Assembly: GCA_038734825.1 (NCBI GenBank) | Contig: JAVYOD010000003.1 | Coordinates: 1-43,859, forward strand | Source: Thermoplasmatales archaeon | GTDB lineage: Archaea; Thermoplasmatota; Thermoplasmata; Thermoplasmatales; GCA-001856825 | Direction: 5' to 3' | Length of the DNA stretch: 43,859 nucleotides | Shown here: positions 9,095 to 19,186 of the stretch, piece after piece | How positions within the stretch are numbered: position 1 is the first letter of the stretch | Layout: the number at the start of each line of letters is the position of its first letter | Program-made: the position numbers and the translations under genes | The notes under the pieces: model-generated | Told to the model about the DNA's origin: nothing | The model's input: only the letters and a program-made list of their open reading frames with translations | Database searches by the model: none

Positions 9095-10445
9095 TAGAAT
9101 TGTAATAAGAGAGCCATCATTTTCTGATCGGAAATTTGTTGCTACCTATTACGTTGATGGTGAAGAGGTTGAACTCGAAGCAAAGTATGATCTCCCGCTG
9201 AAACCTAACAAGCAGGATATGAGGGTCATGGCCATCGCTCCCCTTGTGAACTACTCGCTCTTCACTGATCAGATAGAAGCAGACTTCAATCTGACTAAGG
9301 CAGATCTAGATTTTATAAAAAAGATGATGGTGATAAATAGCAGAGAGGTTTACGTGAACAAGCTTCTGTTCAGACAAGAATTCTTCAATAGTGATGCGAT
9401 TCCGGAGAATCCGAATATAGAGGAAGCGAGCTATTCTCCATCTGTAAAAATAGGTGTAGAGGAGAACGAGAGGGTTGAGGTAAAAAGGAATGGTTCTGTA
9501 GCGGTAATGTCAAGTGGAGGTAAGGATAGTCTCCTGACATACGGTCTAATGCACGAGGTTGGGGCCAATGTATTTCCAATATTCATAAATGAGTCCGGTG
9601 GTCACTGGAGAACAGCTGTAACAGCATACAATTATTTCAAGGTCAATGATACGAACACCCTAAGGGTATGGACAACGATCGACAGATTCTACAAGAAGCT
9701 GAACTCTAAGGTATCAGCCCTGAACGAGAGGGCACTGAAAATGTGGTCGGATACTTACCCGATTCAGCTTTTCATATTTCCTGTTTATATACTCCTCTCA
9801 CTTCCTTACATCAATAATTATGGTATTTCTGCTGTACTGAAAGGTGATGAATTTGACGACCCTAGAGGTTTTCATCCTGCTTCAGGGATACCCCATTTCA
9901 ATGGTATCTATGATCAGACTCAGCAATTTGATATAGAAATGACCAATTACTTTAAAAAAATCGGATACGGGGTCAAATTCTATTCAGTACTAAGGGGAAT
10001 CACAGGCCTTGTCGAGGAGAGAATTCTGTTTCAAAGATACCCTCATCTTGCACTGCTACAAAGATCCTGCCATAGTTGCCATATCGAGGACAGGAGTATA
10101 GTGCCATGTGGAAAGTGTTCTAAATGCAACGGTGTTCTTCTATTTTTGATGGCTAATTCAATAAATCCGGAGTTGCTTAACTATAAGAGGGAAGACATTG
10201 AGGATTTCAAAAAGAATTATGAAAATAAGCTATTCAGGTTGGATGAAGATGAAAAGCAGCACGCTTTATACATAATCTCAGGCGGAAATTCTGGTGCCCT
10301 CAAAGAGCACGTTGAAAAGATTCATGAGGACCCTGAGTGGTGCGATCCGGATATGATAGACGAGAGATGGCGTGACAGCGTTATGAAAATAGTAAGTGAA
10401 TATACAAAAGGGAAGACTCGGTTGGAAAATGGGGAGTGGACCTAA
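9063..10445 (+). CDS. PP-loop ATP pyrophosphatase with Cys-rich metal site, MurL/QueC-like
   Basis: SSGGKDS PP-loop and RSCHSC...PCGKCSKC cluster. Overlaps the DUF1611 stop. Exact start uncertain. Confidence 0.75.
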   Translation: MQSRSRLLSIDRIVIREPSFSDRKFVATYYVDGEEVELEAKYDLPLKPNKQDMRVMAIAPLVNYSLFTDQIEADFNLTKADLDFIKKMMVINSREVYVNKLLFRQEFFNSDAIPENPNIEEASYSPSVKIGVEENERVEVKRNGSVAVMSSGGKDSLLTYGLMHEVGANVFPIFINESGGHWRTAVTAYNYFKVNDTNTLRVWTTIDRFYKKLNSKVSALNERALKMWSDTYPIQLFIFPVYILLSLPYINNYGISAVLKGDEFDDPRGFHPASGIPHFNGIYDQTQQFDIEMTNYFKKIGYGVKFYSVLRGITGLVEERILFQRYPHLALLQRSCHSCHIEDRSIVPCGKCSKCNGVLLFLMANSINPELLNYKREDIEDFKKNYENKLFRLDEDEKQHALYIISGGNSGALKEHVEKIHEDPEWCDPDMIDERWRDSVMKIVSEYTKGKTRLENGEWT

Positions 10446-10924
10446 ATGTACATCCTCTCCATTTCATATATTTCATTGCTGTTTCGCGCCTTTGAATAAT
10501 CCTCTAGGGGATTCCTGTTCAAGTTTATGAACTGCATTCCCCAGGAGAATTTTTCAAGTATTTTGATTGCCACCTCCTTTTTTCCTATTATGTAGAAGGA
10601 GGCAGATAGAGCTTCAACCGTTGAGAGCTTGTAGGGTTTGCCGTAATTCACAGGATTGGCGGCTAATAAATAGGGGAGGGATCTGATATTCTCACCTAAA
10701 AATATGTGTTTATCAATGTTCTCCCAGGAAACATCAATCGCTACAAGGTGGTCAAATCCAGCATCCTCCCTGGAGATCCTTATAGGTGAGCTCGGATAAA
10801 GGACTATACTATTCCTAGGAATATTTTTAATGAAAATTGCTAGCCCAAAACGCTTGAGTTTCCTTGCTGTACATTTCCGGGGATCGTCCTCATTCCGGTG
10901 GACGATAAGTGGTATCTCTTCCAT
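10442..10924 (-). CDS. tsr3: 16S rRNA aminocarboxypropyltransferase Tsr3
   Basis: EDDPRKCT, IDVSW, RSLPYLLAANPVNYGKPYKLSTVEAL, FSWG..F..LN. Start moved to the ATG at 10924 because the longer ORF overlaps the divergent gene. Confidence 0.93.
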   Translation of the reverse strand: MEEIPLIVHRNEDDPRKCTARKLKRFGLAIFIKNIPRNSIVLYPSSPIRISREDAGFDHLVAIDVSWENIDKHIFLGENIRSLPYLLAANPVNYGKPYKLSTVEALSASFYIIGKKEVAIKILEKFSWGMQFINLNRNPLEDYSKARNSNEIYEMERMYI

Positions 10925-10980
10925 CGTCTCCCTTACGTTAGATGAAGATAAATCTTTATGCAGCTTAAAAATAAAGCTGT

Positions 10981-12249
10981 ATGGTTGAATCGCAAATATC
11001 AGGTTTCTACAAGCTCCCAATCGAGAAAAGGAGGGAAAAGCTCCGAGAGATACTCAATTTAAGCGATGAGGAAGTGAGCCTTATGGCTAGCATGAACGGC
11101 CTCGACGAAGGAATCGCAGACAGGATGATAGAAAATGTTGTTTCAGTAATGGAGGTTCCGATAGGAATAGCGACAAACTTCCTGATAAATGATAAAGATT
11201 ATTTGATTCCAATGGCAATTGAAGAGCCAAGTGTTGTAGCTGCCGCATCAAATGCAGCCAAAATGGCAAGGGTTAAAGGGGGGTTTAAATCGATTTCGTC
11301 CGATCCTATAATGATAGGGCAGATTGAGCTCAGCGGTATTAAAGATCCTTTTGGAGCAAAGTTTAGAATTCTTGAGATGAAAAATGAACTGATCCAGATG
11401 GCTAATTCCAAGGATCCAGTGCTGGTAAAATTGGGTGGAGGAGTAAGGGATATTGAGGTTCGAGTGATAGATGAAGAAAACCCGATGGTTGTTGTCCATC
11501 TCTTAGTTGATGTGAGGGATGCAATGGGTGCAAACGCAGTTAACACCATGGCGGAGTATCTCGCTCCTAAGATATCTGAAATATCGCGAGGGAGAGTAAG
11601 GCTGAGGATATTAAGCAATCTAGCAACCTACAGGATTACGAGATCCTTTGCGATATTCGACAAAAAAACTATAGGAGGGGAAGATGCAGTAGAAGGAATA
11701 ATCGAGGCGTACAGATTTGCCAAGATTGATCCGTACCGAGCTACAACGCACAACAAGGGAATAATGAACGGGATTGATGCAGTTCTCGTCGCAACTTCTA
11801 ATGACTGGAGGGCTGTTGAGGCAGGGGCACATGCTTACGCTGCTTTGAACGGTTATACTTCCCTATCAAAGTGGGAAATTAACGAAAACGGGGATCTAGA
11901 AGGGTACCTCGAAATACCTATTGCGGTTGGTGTAGTGGGGGGAGCAACGGCGACTCATCCTAAGGCAAAGTTGATGAGGAAGATCCTAGGTGTAACGTCA
12001 GCTCGGGAATTCGCAGACGTCCTTGGAGCCGTTGGCCTAGCCCAGAATTTCGCAGCAATCAGGGCTTTAGCAACTGAAGGAATACAGAGAGGTCATATGG
12101 AGCTTCATGCACGGAATGTGGCAATATCAGCGGGTGCAAAAGGGGACGAGATAGACGAGGTGGCAGAAATAATGGTCAGGGATAAAACAATAAGGGTCGA
12201 TTACGCATCTGAAGTTCTTAAATTGATAAGAAGCAAGGCTAGAGGTTAA
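10981..12249 (+). CDS. mvaA: Hydroxymethylglutaryl-CoA reductase, class II (bacterial type)
   Basis: MIENV, PMAIEEPSVVAA, DAMGAN, RILSNL, THNKGIMNG, GIQRGHM. Confidence 0.95.
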   Translation: MVESQISGFYKLPIEKRREKLREILNLSDEEVSLMASMNGLDEGIADRMIENVVSVMEVPIGIATNFLINDKDYLIPMAIEEPSVVAAASNAAKMARVKGGFKSISSDPIMIGQIELSGIKDPFGAKFRILEMKNELIQMANSKDPVLVKLGGGVRDIEVRVIDEENPMVVVHLLVDVRDAMGANAVNTMAEYLAPKISEISRGRVRLRILSNLATYRITRSFAIFDKKTIGGEDAVEGIIEAYRFAKIDPYRATTHNKGIMNGIDAVLVATSNDWRAVEAGAHAYAALNGYTSLSKWEINENGDLEGYLEIPIAVGVVGGATATHPKAKLMRKILGVTSAREFADVLGAVGLAQNFAAIRALATEGIQRGHMELHARNVAISAGAKGDEIDEVAEIMVRDKTIRVDYASEVLKLIRSKARG

Positions 12250-12754
12250 ACGTATTCCTATCTTTCTCATCCCACACATCTCTTTCCCCTATTATGTATA
12301 TTCCATCATACGAATCTCCGTTGAATCTCGACCTTACATCCCAGTACCTATCCCAGAGGAGGAGAATAAATTTCTGGCCGTCTGCCTTCCTTATCTCAGG
12401 ATTTTTTTTAATGGAATCAAGGAAATTTAAATCCTCAATAGCATCTCCAGAAACTGTGTCTATGTATTTTTCCATCAATGACTTTAGAGCAGTAACGTAG
12501 TATACGGGATATTTGCGAAGGCTCTCGACCTCGGTGGGCGTGCAGTCAACTATTTCATTAATATAGATACGCCTATTATCTATTCTCAGGGAAGCAACTT
12601 CTCTTTCCCCTATTGTGATCCTCACTAAACCATCCTCTCTTTCCTCCTCTACTTTTGAGAGCAGGTTCTCTATATTAACCCCCTCTATCGGTACTTTAGA
12701 ATAAGTTGAAAATCCACGGTACGGAATTACCCTTGTCCCAGGAGTTCCCGTCAT
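12239..12754 (-). CDS. Hypothetical protein
   Basis: 171-aa ORF with normal composition and a TATA-like element upstream. No family recognised. Confidence 0.65.
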   Translation of the reverse strand: MTGTPGTRVIPYRGFSTYSKVPIEGVNIENLLSKVEEEREDGLVRITIGEREVASLRIDNRRIYINEIVDCTPTEVESLRKYPVYYVTALKSLMEKYIDTVSGDAIEDLNFLDSIKKNPEIRKADGQKFILLLWDRYWDVRSRFNGDSYDGIYIIGERDVWDEKDRNTFNL

Positions 12755-13072
12755 TATATGTATTAAGGAATGATTCTAGAAAAAATTAATGATGAACCCT
12801 TTAGCTACAACTTTAGCTCATAAGTAGGTTATGTGTATTCCATCTTATTATACAGTCTTAATTATTTTCCTTTGAACTACTTCGCATTCTATATAAAGGT
12901 CTATAAATCGGAAAAAATGGTTGTAACTAAAACATGAGCTTAATAAAAATTCTGTGAATTAGGAGATGGAATTAATGAAAAATTCTTTATAACCCAAAGA
13001 ACAAAAGAATATTCTTATATCGGAATGCTACATGTAGTAGTAGATCTATCACAGTATTAATGAAGGGATTAC

Positions 13073-15391
13073 ATGCAAGCATTAAAAAAATTGGAAGAAA
13101 TGAAGTCTATACTTGATATTGCAATTATCAAACGGTTAGAATACGCGCTTAAGAGGGACGAACTTGATAAGAACATCGAGCAAAATACCTCAAAAGAATT
13201 CCAAAGTGTCGGAAGAATAGTGGAATTTAGAACAGAAGGGAATACGATTAACGTTGATTATGAGAAAGCTAAGTTGAAGATCTCAACGTTTCAGGGGGAC
13301 ATCTTGAGGGTCGTGTGGAATAACCCGAAAACTGTGTCAGAAATAGTTCCAACTTTTCAGCTCACAACGCCAGTATTTGTAAGATCAAGTAACTCAGAAA
13401 TAGTATTTCTTTCGGAAAATGTTGAGATAGGAATAAAGGAGAATGGAAGCATATATTTCTATCATAAGCCATCAGGAATTACTAGGGCTGAAGTTTTTCA
13501 ATCAGGAGATGGCAATGTAAGGTTAATCTCAGAAATTCCCGCTGATTTCCGTATTTATGGTGGTGGTGAAAATGCGCAACAATTAAACATTAGAGGTAGC
13601 AGTCTCACGCTTTGGAACCACGACGCAAATGGGAAATACGGTCCTGGGGACGATCCCCTGTACATAGGTATCCCTGTATTTTTACATATTATCTCTGATT
13701 CAGGTTATTTGACCTTTTTCAATAGTTCGCATAGGTGTACTGCTGATCTTTGCCACGAGAGTGACCAATTAGAATCACTTGAATTCTCCGATCATGGGTT
13801 GGAGTATTACATTTCATTTGGGCAAATAAGTAAGCTAACTGAAGATCTTTCAGTTATAACCGGCAAACCTGCAATGCCGCCACAATGGGCACTAGGTTTT
13901 CATCAATCAAAATACAGCTACTCTTCGGAACGTGAGGTTCTGGATCTTGTTAAAAAATTCAGAGAAAACGATCTCCCCATATCTGCCGTTCACCTGGACA
14001 TTGACTACATGGATGGGTTCAAGGTTTTCACAATTGATCGATCGAAATTCCCAAATTTCCCTAAAATGGTAGAACAGTTAAAAACAATGGGCATTAGGGT
14101 AGTGACTATCATTGATCCGGGGGTTAAGGTGGATGAAAAATATGAGATCTTTGTGGATGGCTTTAAGAATAGCTGCTTCGTGACTGACATTAATGGAAAT
14201 GTTATTGAAGCCCCCGTCTGGCCCGGTTTAACGGCTTTTCCTGATTTCACATCTGAAAAAGTAAGAGAATGGTGGGCATCTAAATATAAAAAGTTCATTG
14301 ATCTTGGTGTTTCAGGTTTTTGGCACGACATGAATGAACCAGCTGTGTTCACTGCATGGGGAGACAACACCCTTCCACTATCTGCAAAATTTGAGGGTGG
14401 AATTCATGCCGATGTTCACAATCTCTATGGCCTATATATGGCTAAAGCCGGTTATCAAGGAATAATTAAGGCAAGACCAAATGAAAGGCCTTTTATCCTT
14501 TCCAGATCTGGTTGGGCAGGGCTACAGAAGTATTCTTGGACATGGACAGGAGACACAGAGACTAGCTGGGCAGAACTGAAGCAAACCATCGCAACAATCA
14601 TTAATCTTGGCTTGTCTGGAATCCCATTTTCAGGGTCTGATATAGGAGGTTTTGCAGGCTCTCCCAGTAATGAGCTCTTCCTAAGATGGTTTCAAATGTC
14701 TGCATTCTTTCCTCTATTCCGGGTTCATTCAAACAAGGGTACACGGCCGCGTGAGCCCTGGGCATTTGGAAAAGAAAATATGGATATCCTAAGAAAGTTC
14801 CTAAAGCTGAGGTACAGGATTATCCCATATCTATATACACAAGCATATTTAACATCAAAGACAGGCCACCCCATTATCAGACCGCTATTCTGGCTGGGTG
14901 ATCCATCTGTTTCAGAGGATGACGAGAAATTTCTAGTGGGTGATAAGATACTCGTTGCCCCAATACTCGCCCCAGGCCAGACAACGAAAATTATAAAACT
15001 ACCTAAAGGAGACTGGATTGATTTCTGGTCCGAGTCAAAAGCGAATGGAATTGTTGAAATTAAAGTGAGCAAAGAAAAAATACCGGTCTATGTGAGATCC
15101 GGCTCTATCATACCGATGCAAGGTGAAAACGTGTTGGAACTGCATATTTACCAAGGGAATGATTTTTCTGGGGAACTGTATGTAGATGACGGTATGCTTA
15201 ACCCCGAATACACTTATTATACATTCAGGGGAAAGCGAGATAGCGGGAATATAAAATTGGATGTAAATAAGGAAGGGAACATTTCCAAGAATTTAGTGGT
15301 AAGGATAGTTGCGCCAAATGATGTAAAGACCATTACAATAGGCAAGTCTATCTATCAATACAGGGGGGACAATCTGGAGGTGGAATTATGA
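13073..15391 (+). CDS. malA: Alpha-glucosidase (GH31)
   Basis: DPLY, PPQWALGFHQS, HLDIDYM, nucleophile WHDMNEP, acid/base WTGD, SDIGGF, FRVH. Confidence 0.93.
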   Translation: MQALKKLEEMKSILDIAIIKRLEYALKRDELDKNIEQNTSKEFQSVGRIVEFRTEGNTINVDYEKAKLKISTFQGDILRVVWNNPKTVSEIVPTFQLTTPVFVRSSNSEIVFLSENVEIGIKENGSIYFYHKPSGITRAEVFQSGDGNVRLISEIPADFRIYGGGENAQQLNIRGSSLTLWNHDANGKYGPGDDPLYIGIPVFLHIISDSGYLTFFNSSHRCTADLCHESDQLESLEFSDHGLEYYISFGQISKLTEDLSVITGKPAMPPQWALGFHQSKYSYSSEREVLDLVKKFRENDLPISAVHLDIDYMDGFKVFTIDRSKFPNFPKMVEQLKTMGIRVVTIIDPGVKVDEKYEIFVDGFKNSCFVTDINGNVIEAPVWPGLTAFPDFTSEKVREWWASKYKKFIDLGVSGFWHDMNEPAVFTAWGDNTLPLSAKFEGGIHADVHNLYGLYMAKAGYQGIIKARPNERPFILSRSGWAGLQKYSWTWTGDTETSWAELKQTIATIINLGLSGIPFSGSDIGGFAGSPSNELFLRWFQMSAFFPLFRVHSNKGTRPREPWAFGKENMDILRKFLKLRYRIIPYLYTQAYLTSKTGHPIIRPLFWLGDPSVSEDDEKFLVGDKILVAPILAPGQTTKIIKLPKGDWIDFWSESKANGIVEIKVSKEKIPVYVRSGSIIPMQGENVLELHIYQGNDFSGELYVDDGMLNPEYTYYTFRGKRDSGNIKLDVNKEGNISKNLVVRIVAPNDVKTITIGKSIYQYRGDNLEVEL

Positions 15392-15449
15392 ATGAGCTTA
15401 TTTTAATTCCCAAGTATTGTGAATATTGGAGGGCAAATGGGGGGATAAG

Positions 15450-16529
15450 ATGGCATCACTATCATTGAGTCACATTACGATGTTTTATAACAGTAAGGTG
15501 AAAGCGCTAGATGACGTGAGTCTTGATATAGAAGACGGAGAATTCTTCGTTATCTTAGGGCCAAGTGGGAGTGGTAAGACGACAATATTGCGTGTTATTG
15601 CGGGACTGGAGCAGCCCTCTCAAGGCTCCGTTATCATGGATGGTCTAGACATAACGAATTATCCCCCAAGAGAACGAGACATAGCTATGGTGTTTCAGAA
15701 CTATGCGCTATATCCGTATCTCACTGTAAGGCAGAATTTAGAATTTCCATTGAAAGCGCGCAAAATGTTGAAAAAAGATATAGATGAAAGAGTCGAAGAG
15801 GTCGCACATCTTCTTCAAATTTCTGAACTACTTGATAGGAAACCGGGTGAGATATCAGGCGGGCAAAGACAAAGGGTAGCCCTTGGAAGGGCCATAATTA
15901 GGAAACCAAAGCTTTTCCTTATGGATGAACCCCTAAGCAATCTAGATGCGAAACTTAGAGGCTCGATGAGGACAGAGCTCAAGACTTTGCAAAAAAACTT
16001 GCAAGTTACAACGGTGTACGTGACACACGATCAGATAGAAGCTTTGACGCTGGGAAATAGAACTGCATTAATAAATCTAGGAAGGGTAGTACAGGTTGGC
16101 AAACCGGAGGAAGTATTTAACAAGCCTAAGAATTCTTTCGTTGCTTCATTCCTTGGAGATCCACCTATAAATTTTCTGAGAGCTACTATTAGTATGGGAA
16201 AGACAACTAATCTGGTAATCGGGAAAACAGAGTTTACTATTCCCGGCACCTCTGCGTTAAATAAATACAAAGATAAGGAAGTTATCCTGGCTGTTAGACC
16301 AGATGATATATCGTTCTCTAATGATGGTCTGGAAGGTGAGATAATTTCTGCGAGCCTGCTTGGGAGAATTGTGCACTATGTCATCAAGTTGAGAGAAACA
16401 GGAGAACGTCTTGAAAAGGTAGAAACCTACACGGGAGATATGAAAAAGGAGGGAAGTAAGATTAAGCTAACATTTGCGCTAGACAGGATTCTCCTGTATG
16501 ATATTGATACTCAGGAACTTATAAGTTAA
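15450..16529 (+). CDS. malK: Sugar ABC transporter ATP-binding subunit (MalK/MsmX type)
   Basis: Walker A GPSGSGKT, VFQNYALYP, SGGQRQR, MDEPLSNLDA, VTHDQ, C-terminal regulatory domain. The ATG at 15450 is preferred as start. Confidence 0.93.
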   Translation: MASLSLSHITMFYNSKVKALDDVSLDIEDGEFFVILGPSGSGKTTILRVIAGLEQPSQGSVIMDGLDITNYPPRERDIAMVFQNYALYPYLTVRQNLEFPLKARKMLKKDIDERVEEVAHLLQISELLDRKPGEISGGQRQRVALGRAIIRKPKLFLMDEPLSNLDAKLRGSMRTELKTLQKNLQVTTVYVTHDQIEALTLGNRTALINLGRVVQVGKPEEVFNKPKNSFVASFLGDPPINFLRATISMGKTTNLVIGKTEFTIPGTSALNKYKDKEVILAVRPDDISFSNDGLEGEIISASLLGRIVHYVIKLRETGERLEKVETYTGDMKKEGSKIKLTFALDRILLYDIDTQELIS

Positions 16530-18406
16530 TCTGTTGTGCTACTGAATAATACAATTCCGTTCTTTTCAATCCATTTACGTCCATTATTTGAGGATAAACC
16601 TGAACTTAGAATCGGCTCATCTTTCGATATAAATTGCTGATTTCTTTTGGATATTGAGAGAGTGACTATCTTATCTTCAAGAATCTTTTTAATTCTAATC
16701 CAGTTTTTATCCTCAGACGCTGAAATAATACCAGGATTCCCTAGGTTTAGAAGATACCTGATATTAGCCAGGGATATTACGAAATCAAGAAGATCTCTAT
16801 TCATTCTTTCCCAGGGAAATGGCCTCCTGCTATCAGGATCTGGACCACCTTCGAGACCAACCTCATCTCCGTAATATATGGTTGCAAATCCGTCGAGCAG
16901 GTATAGGATAGAGAATACTGCCTTCGTCTTTGGAATGCTGTTGTTCATGGTTTCAAGTATCCTTTCAGTGTCATGCGAATCCAAAATATTCATCATGCTC
17001 TGCATTTTTAAAGATCCATATTCGGTGTTGGCTCTTGCAATCATTGCGTTGAACTTGTCACAGCTAATCGAGCCATTTATAAGGCCTATTATTGCATCGC
17101 GCAAATAATAATTCGTAACACCGTCCCAGAAACCAGATCTCAAGAATAAAGATGAAAGGCACCAAGCTTCCCCTATTTTGAGAAATTTCTTTCCAAGTCT
17201 TGCAGTTGTAAACTCAATAAAATCACGGGGAATCGAAATGGCAACATCGTACCTGAAGCCATCCACATCATAACCCAGCGCCCAGAATTCAGTGACACTT
17301 CTAAAATACTCCATTACATCTAGGTTGTCATGATTTAGCTTTGGCATTTCTGGGACGTTCTCAAATGTTTCGTAATACAAGCCATTGATCCGGGCTTTCT
17401 TTCTACCCCACGACCTGAGGTAGTCCGGTCTTATCCTATGAAATTTATACCACAAGAAATATGGAGATTTTTTCCCTCTGATAGCTGAGTCCGCGAATGG
17501 TGGGAAGTTAGTAGAAGAATGGTTGAAGGGAACATCAAGTATAATCTTCATTTTCCTTTCATGTAGTGCGTTGACAAGGTATCTGAAATCTTCATTTGTG
17601 CCGAGGAGAGGATCGACCGTGAAATAATCATCAACGTTGTACCTGTGATTTGAACGGCTTTTAAAAATAGGATTCAGATATACAAATTCAACGCCAAGTG
17701 ATTCCAGGTAGTCCAATTTTTCTGCGATGCCATTTAGGTTACCCCCAAAGAAGTTCGTTGCTGTCGGCGCCTCGTTCCAGCTGGCCAATCCGTCTATGTT
17801 TTCATTTCCCGATCTGTTAAACCTGTCTGGAAATATGTGATATATGATCCCTGTTTTCTCATACCGTCTTTCTGGGTGTATATTACATCTATAATAGCCC
17901 CTATTAGGGAGTTTTTTACCATCTATAAGAAAACGATATTCATCAACGGGCTTTACCACAAATTCAATGAGATCGTAATTTTCAAGATTATGGCGACTTT
18001 TTGAAATAATTTGTGGAACATTACTCCTTAATTCCACAAAAACAGAGTTAAATGTCTTCGGAACAGCAACGACCAATCGCATAATGTTTCCGTATATAGA
18101 AGCGAATCCAGAATTTGTCGGGTCGTGAAATGCAGAATCTAGTGGGATAGCAAATTTCTTAGGATTTTTGATCGGTTTTCCCTCTTCATCTATAGAGTAT
18201 ACTTGGTTAACAAGGATTTTATATGAATATATTCCAGGTGGAAGCGTTATTTTGCATTTCAGCTTCCTATTGCCTCTCAGAGAAAAGCTCCCTTCACCCA
18301 TGCAGTTGAAATTGCCTGTTAAATAAACGGTATCATAACCTTTCCGTTTTAAAACTGAAAAAGTAACATCGTGGTAAAAACCATTGATTTTTTTAATTTT
18401 AGGCAC
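16526..18406 (-). CDS. GH13 cyclomaltodextrinase/neopullulanase-type enzyme with N-terminal CBM48-like domain
   Basis: YHIFPDRF, GGNLNG, SNHRY, LDVPFNH, MPKLN, catalytic DGFRYDVA, IGEAW and SHDTER, YYGDE, DPDSRRPF. No signal peptide. Confidence 0.9.
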   Translation of the reverse strand: MPKIKKINGFYHDVTFSVLKRKGYDTVYLTGNFNCMGEGSFSLRGNRKLKCKITLPPGIYSYKILVNQVYSIDEEGKPIKNPKKFAIPLDSAFHDPTNSGFASIYGNIMRLVVAVPKTFNSVFVELRSNVPQIISKSRHNLENYDLIEFVVKPVDEYRFLIDGKKLPNRGYYRCNIHPERRYEKTGIIYHIFPDRFNRSGNENIDGLASWNEAPTATNFFGGNLNGIAEKLDYLESLGVEFVYLNPIFKSRSNHRYNVDDYFTVDPLLGTNEDFRYLVNALHERKMKIILDVPFNHSSTNFPPFADSAIRGKKSPYFLWYKFHRIRPDYLRSWGRKKARINGLYYETFENVPEMPKLNHDNLDVMEYFRSVTEFWALGYDVDGFRYDVAISIPRDFIEFTTARLGKKFLKIGEAWCLSSLFLRSGFWDGVTNYYLRDAIIGLINGSISCDKFNAMIARANTEYGSLKMQSMMNILDSHDTERILETMNNSIPKTKAVFSILYLLDGFATIYYGDEVGLEGGPDPDSRRPFPWERMNRDLLDFVISLANIRYLLNLGNPGIISASEDKNWIRIKKILEDKIVTLSISKRNQQFISKDEPILSSGLSSNNGRKWIEKNGIVLFSSTTD

Positions 18407-19186
18407 TTTTTATCATGTGGACATTTAATTTTATATAAATAGATTTCATCTCAAAATCAAGTGCCTATTAATTTTTAGCGTGGAATACTTTGAATATTTG
18501 CAGGATTCTAGTTGCCTTTTTGCTTGGAGTTGCGATATTCGTTCAGAAATCATTTTTTGAATATGTAATCGTGTTCTTCAAAGAATCTTAAGAAAGGTAT
18601 TAGGTTTCTCTAACCTGATAATTGTAACATACCTGTTTCTCCTTTTCTTTATTGGAAACTGATTGTTTATATAGTCACAAAAATATTTTTTACAAACCGA
18701 AGAAACATAGTATTGATAAGAAGCAACCCATGCCCCCTTTTTAAATCTTAGTTTGAATATTCTAATAATTATTCTAATAAAATAGAACACACAGTTCAAT
18801 CCTTCAATTGTGCTTTGTCTCCCATAAAAATAATCCAGTTCAAAATCTAGCATTTTTTGAAAAGATTTCAATCATTAATTTTCCTAATAGGTATTATGTG
18901 ACAACTTAGTTAGTGCAATCGGTAAAAATGTATGTTATATAATCCTCATTCATGACCATAAGTGTTTTTTAATAATTTCCACTGTTCTGGATATGAATAT
19001 CAGTTTTTTCCTACTGCCAGTATTAAGGAAATATCTTGGTGCAGCATTTGGCCAGGGGCAGAATTTGTATTAACTCAAATTCCGATGCTTTAAATGAGAT
19101 ATCGCTATAATACATAAGATAAAGCTGCACTCGTTTGTTGATCTGCGGTATTCCCATTATATTTATAGCGAATTGAACTATTTAGA

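Noticed and set aside
10925-11020. N-terminal extensions in the ORF track for tsr3 (also malK, DUF998 and the 31780 ORF)
   Set aside because: They overlap neighbouring genes or promoters. Downstream ATGs match family N-termini or coupling signals.
12730-12754. MTGTPGT as an adenylate-kinase-like P-loop
   Set aside because: It continues RVIP rather than GKT/S, and the rest does not resemble a kinase.
18578-18871. 97-aa minus-strand ORF between GH13 and trmB
   Set aside because: Composition typical of random AT-rich frames (F, Y, I, K) with no motif. Likely spurious or debris.
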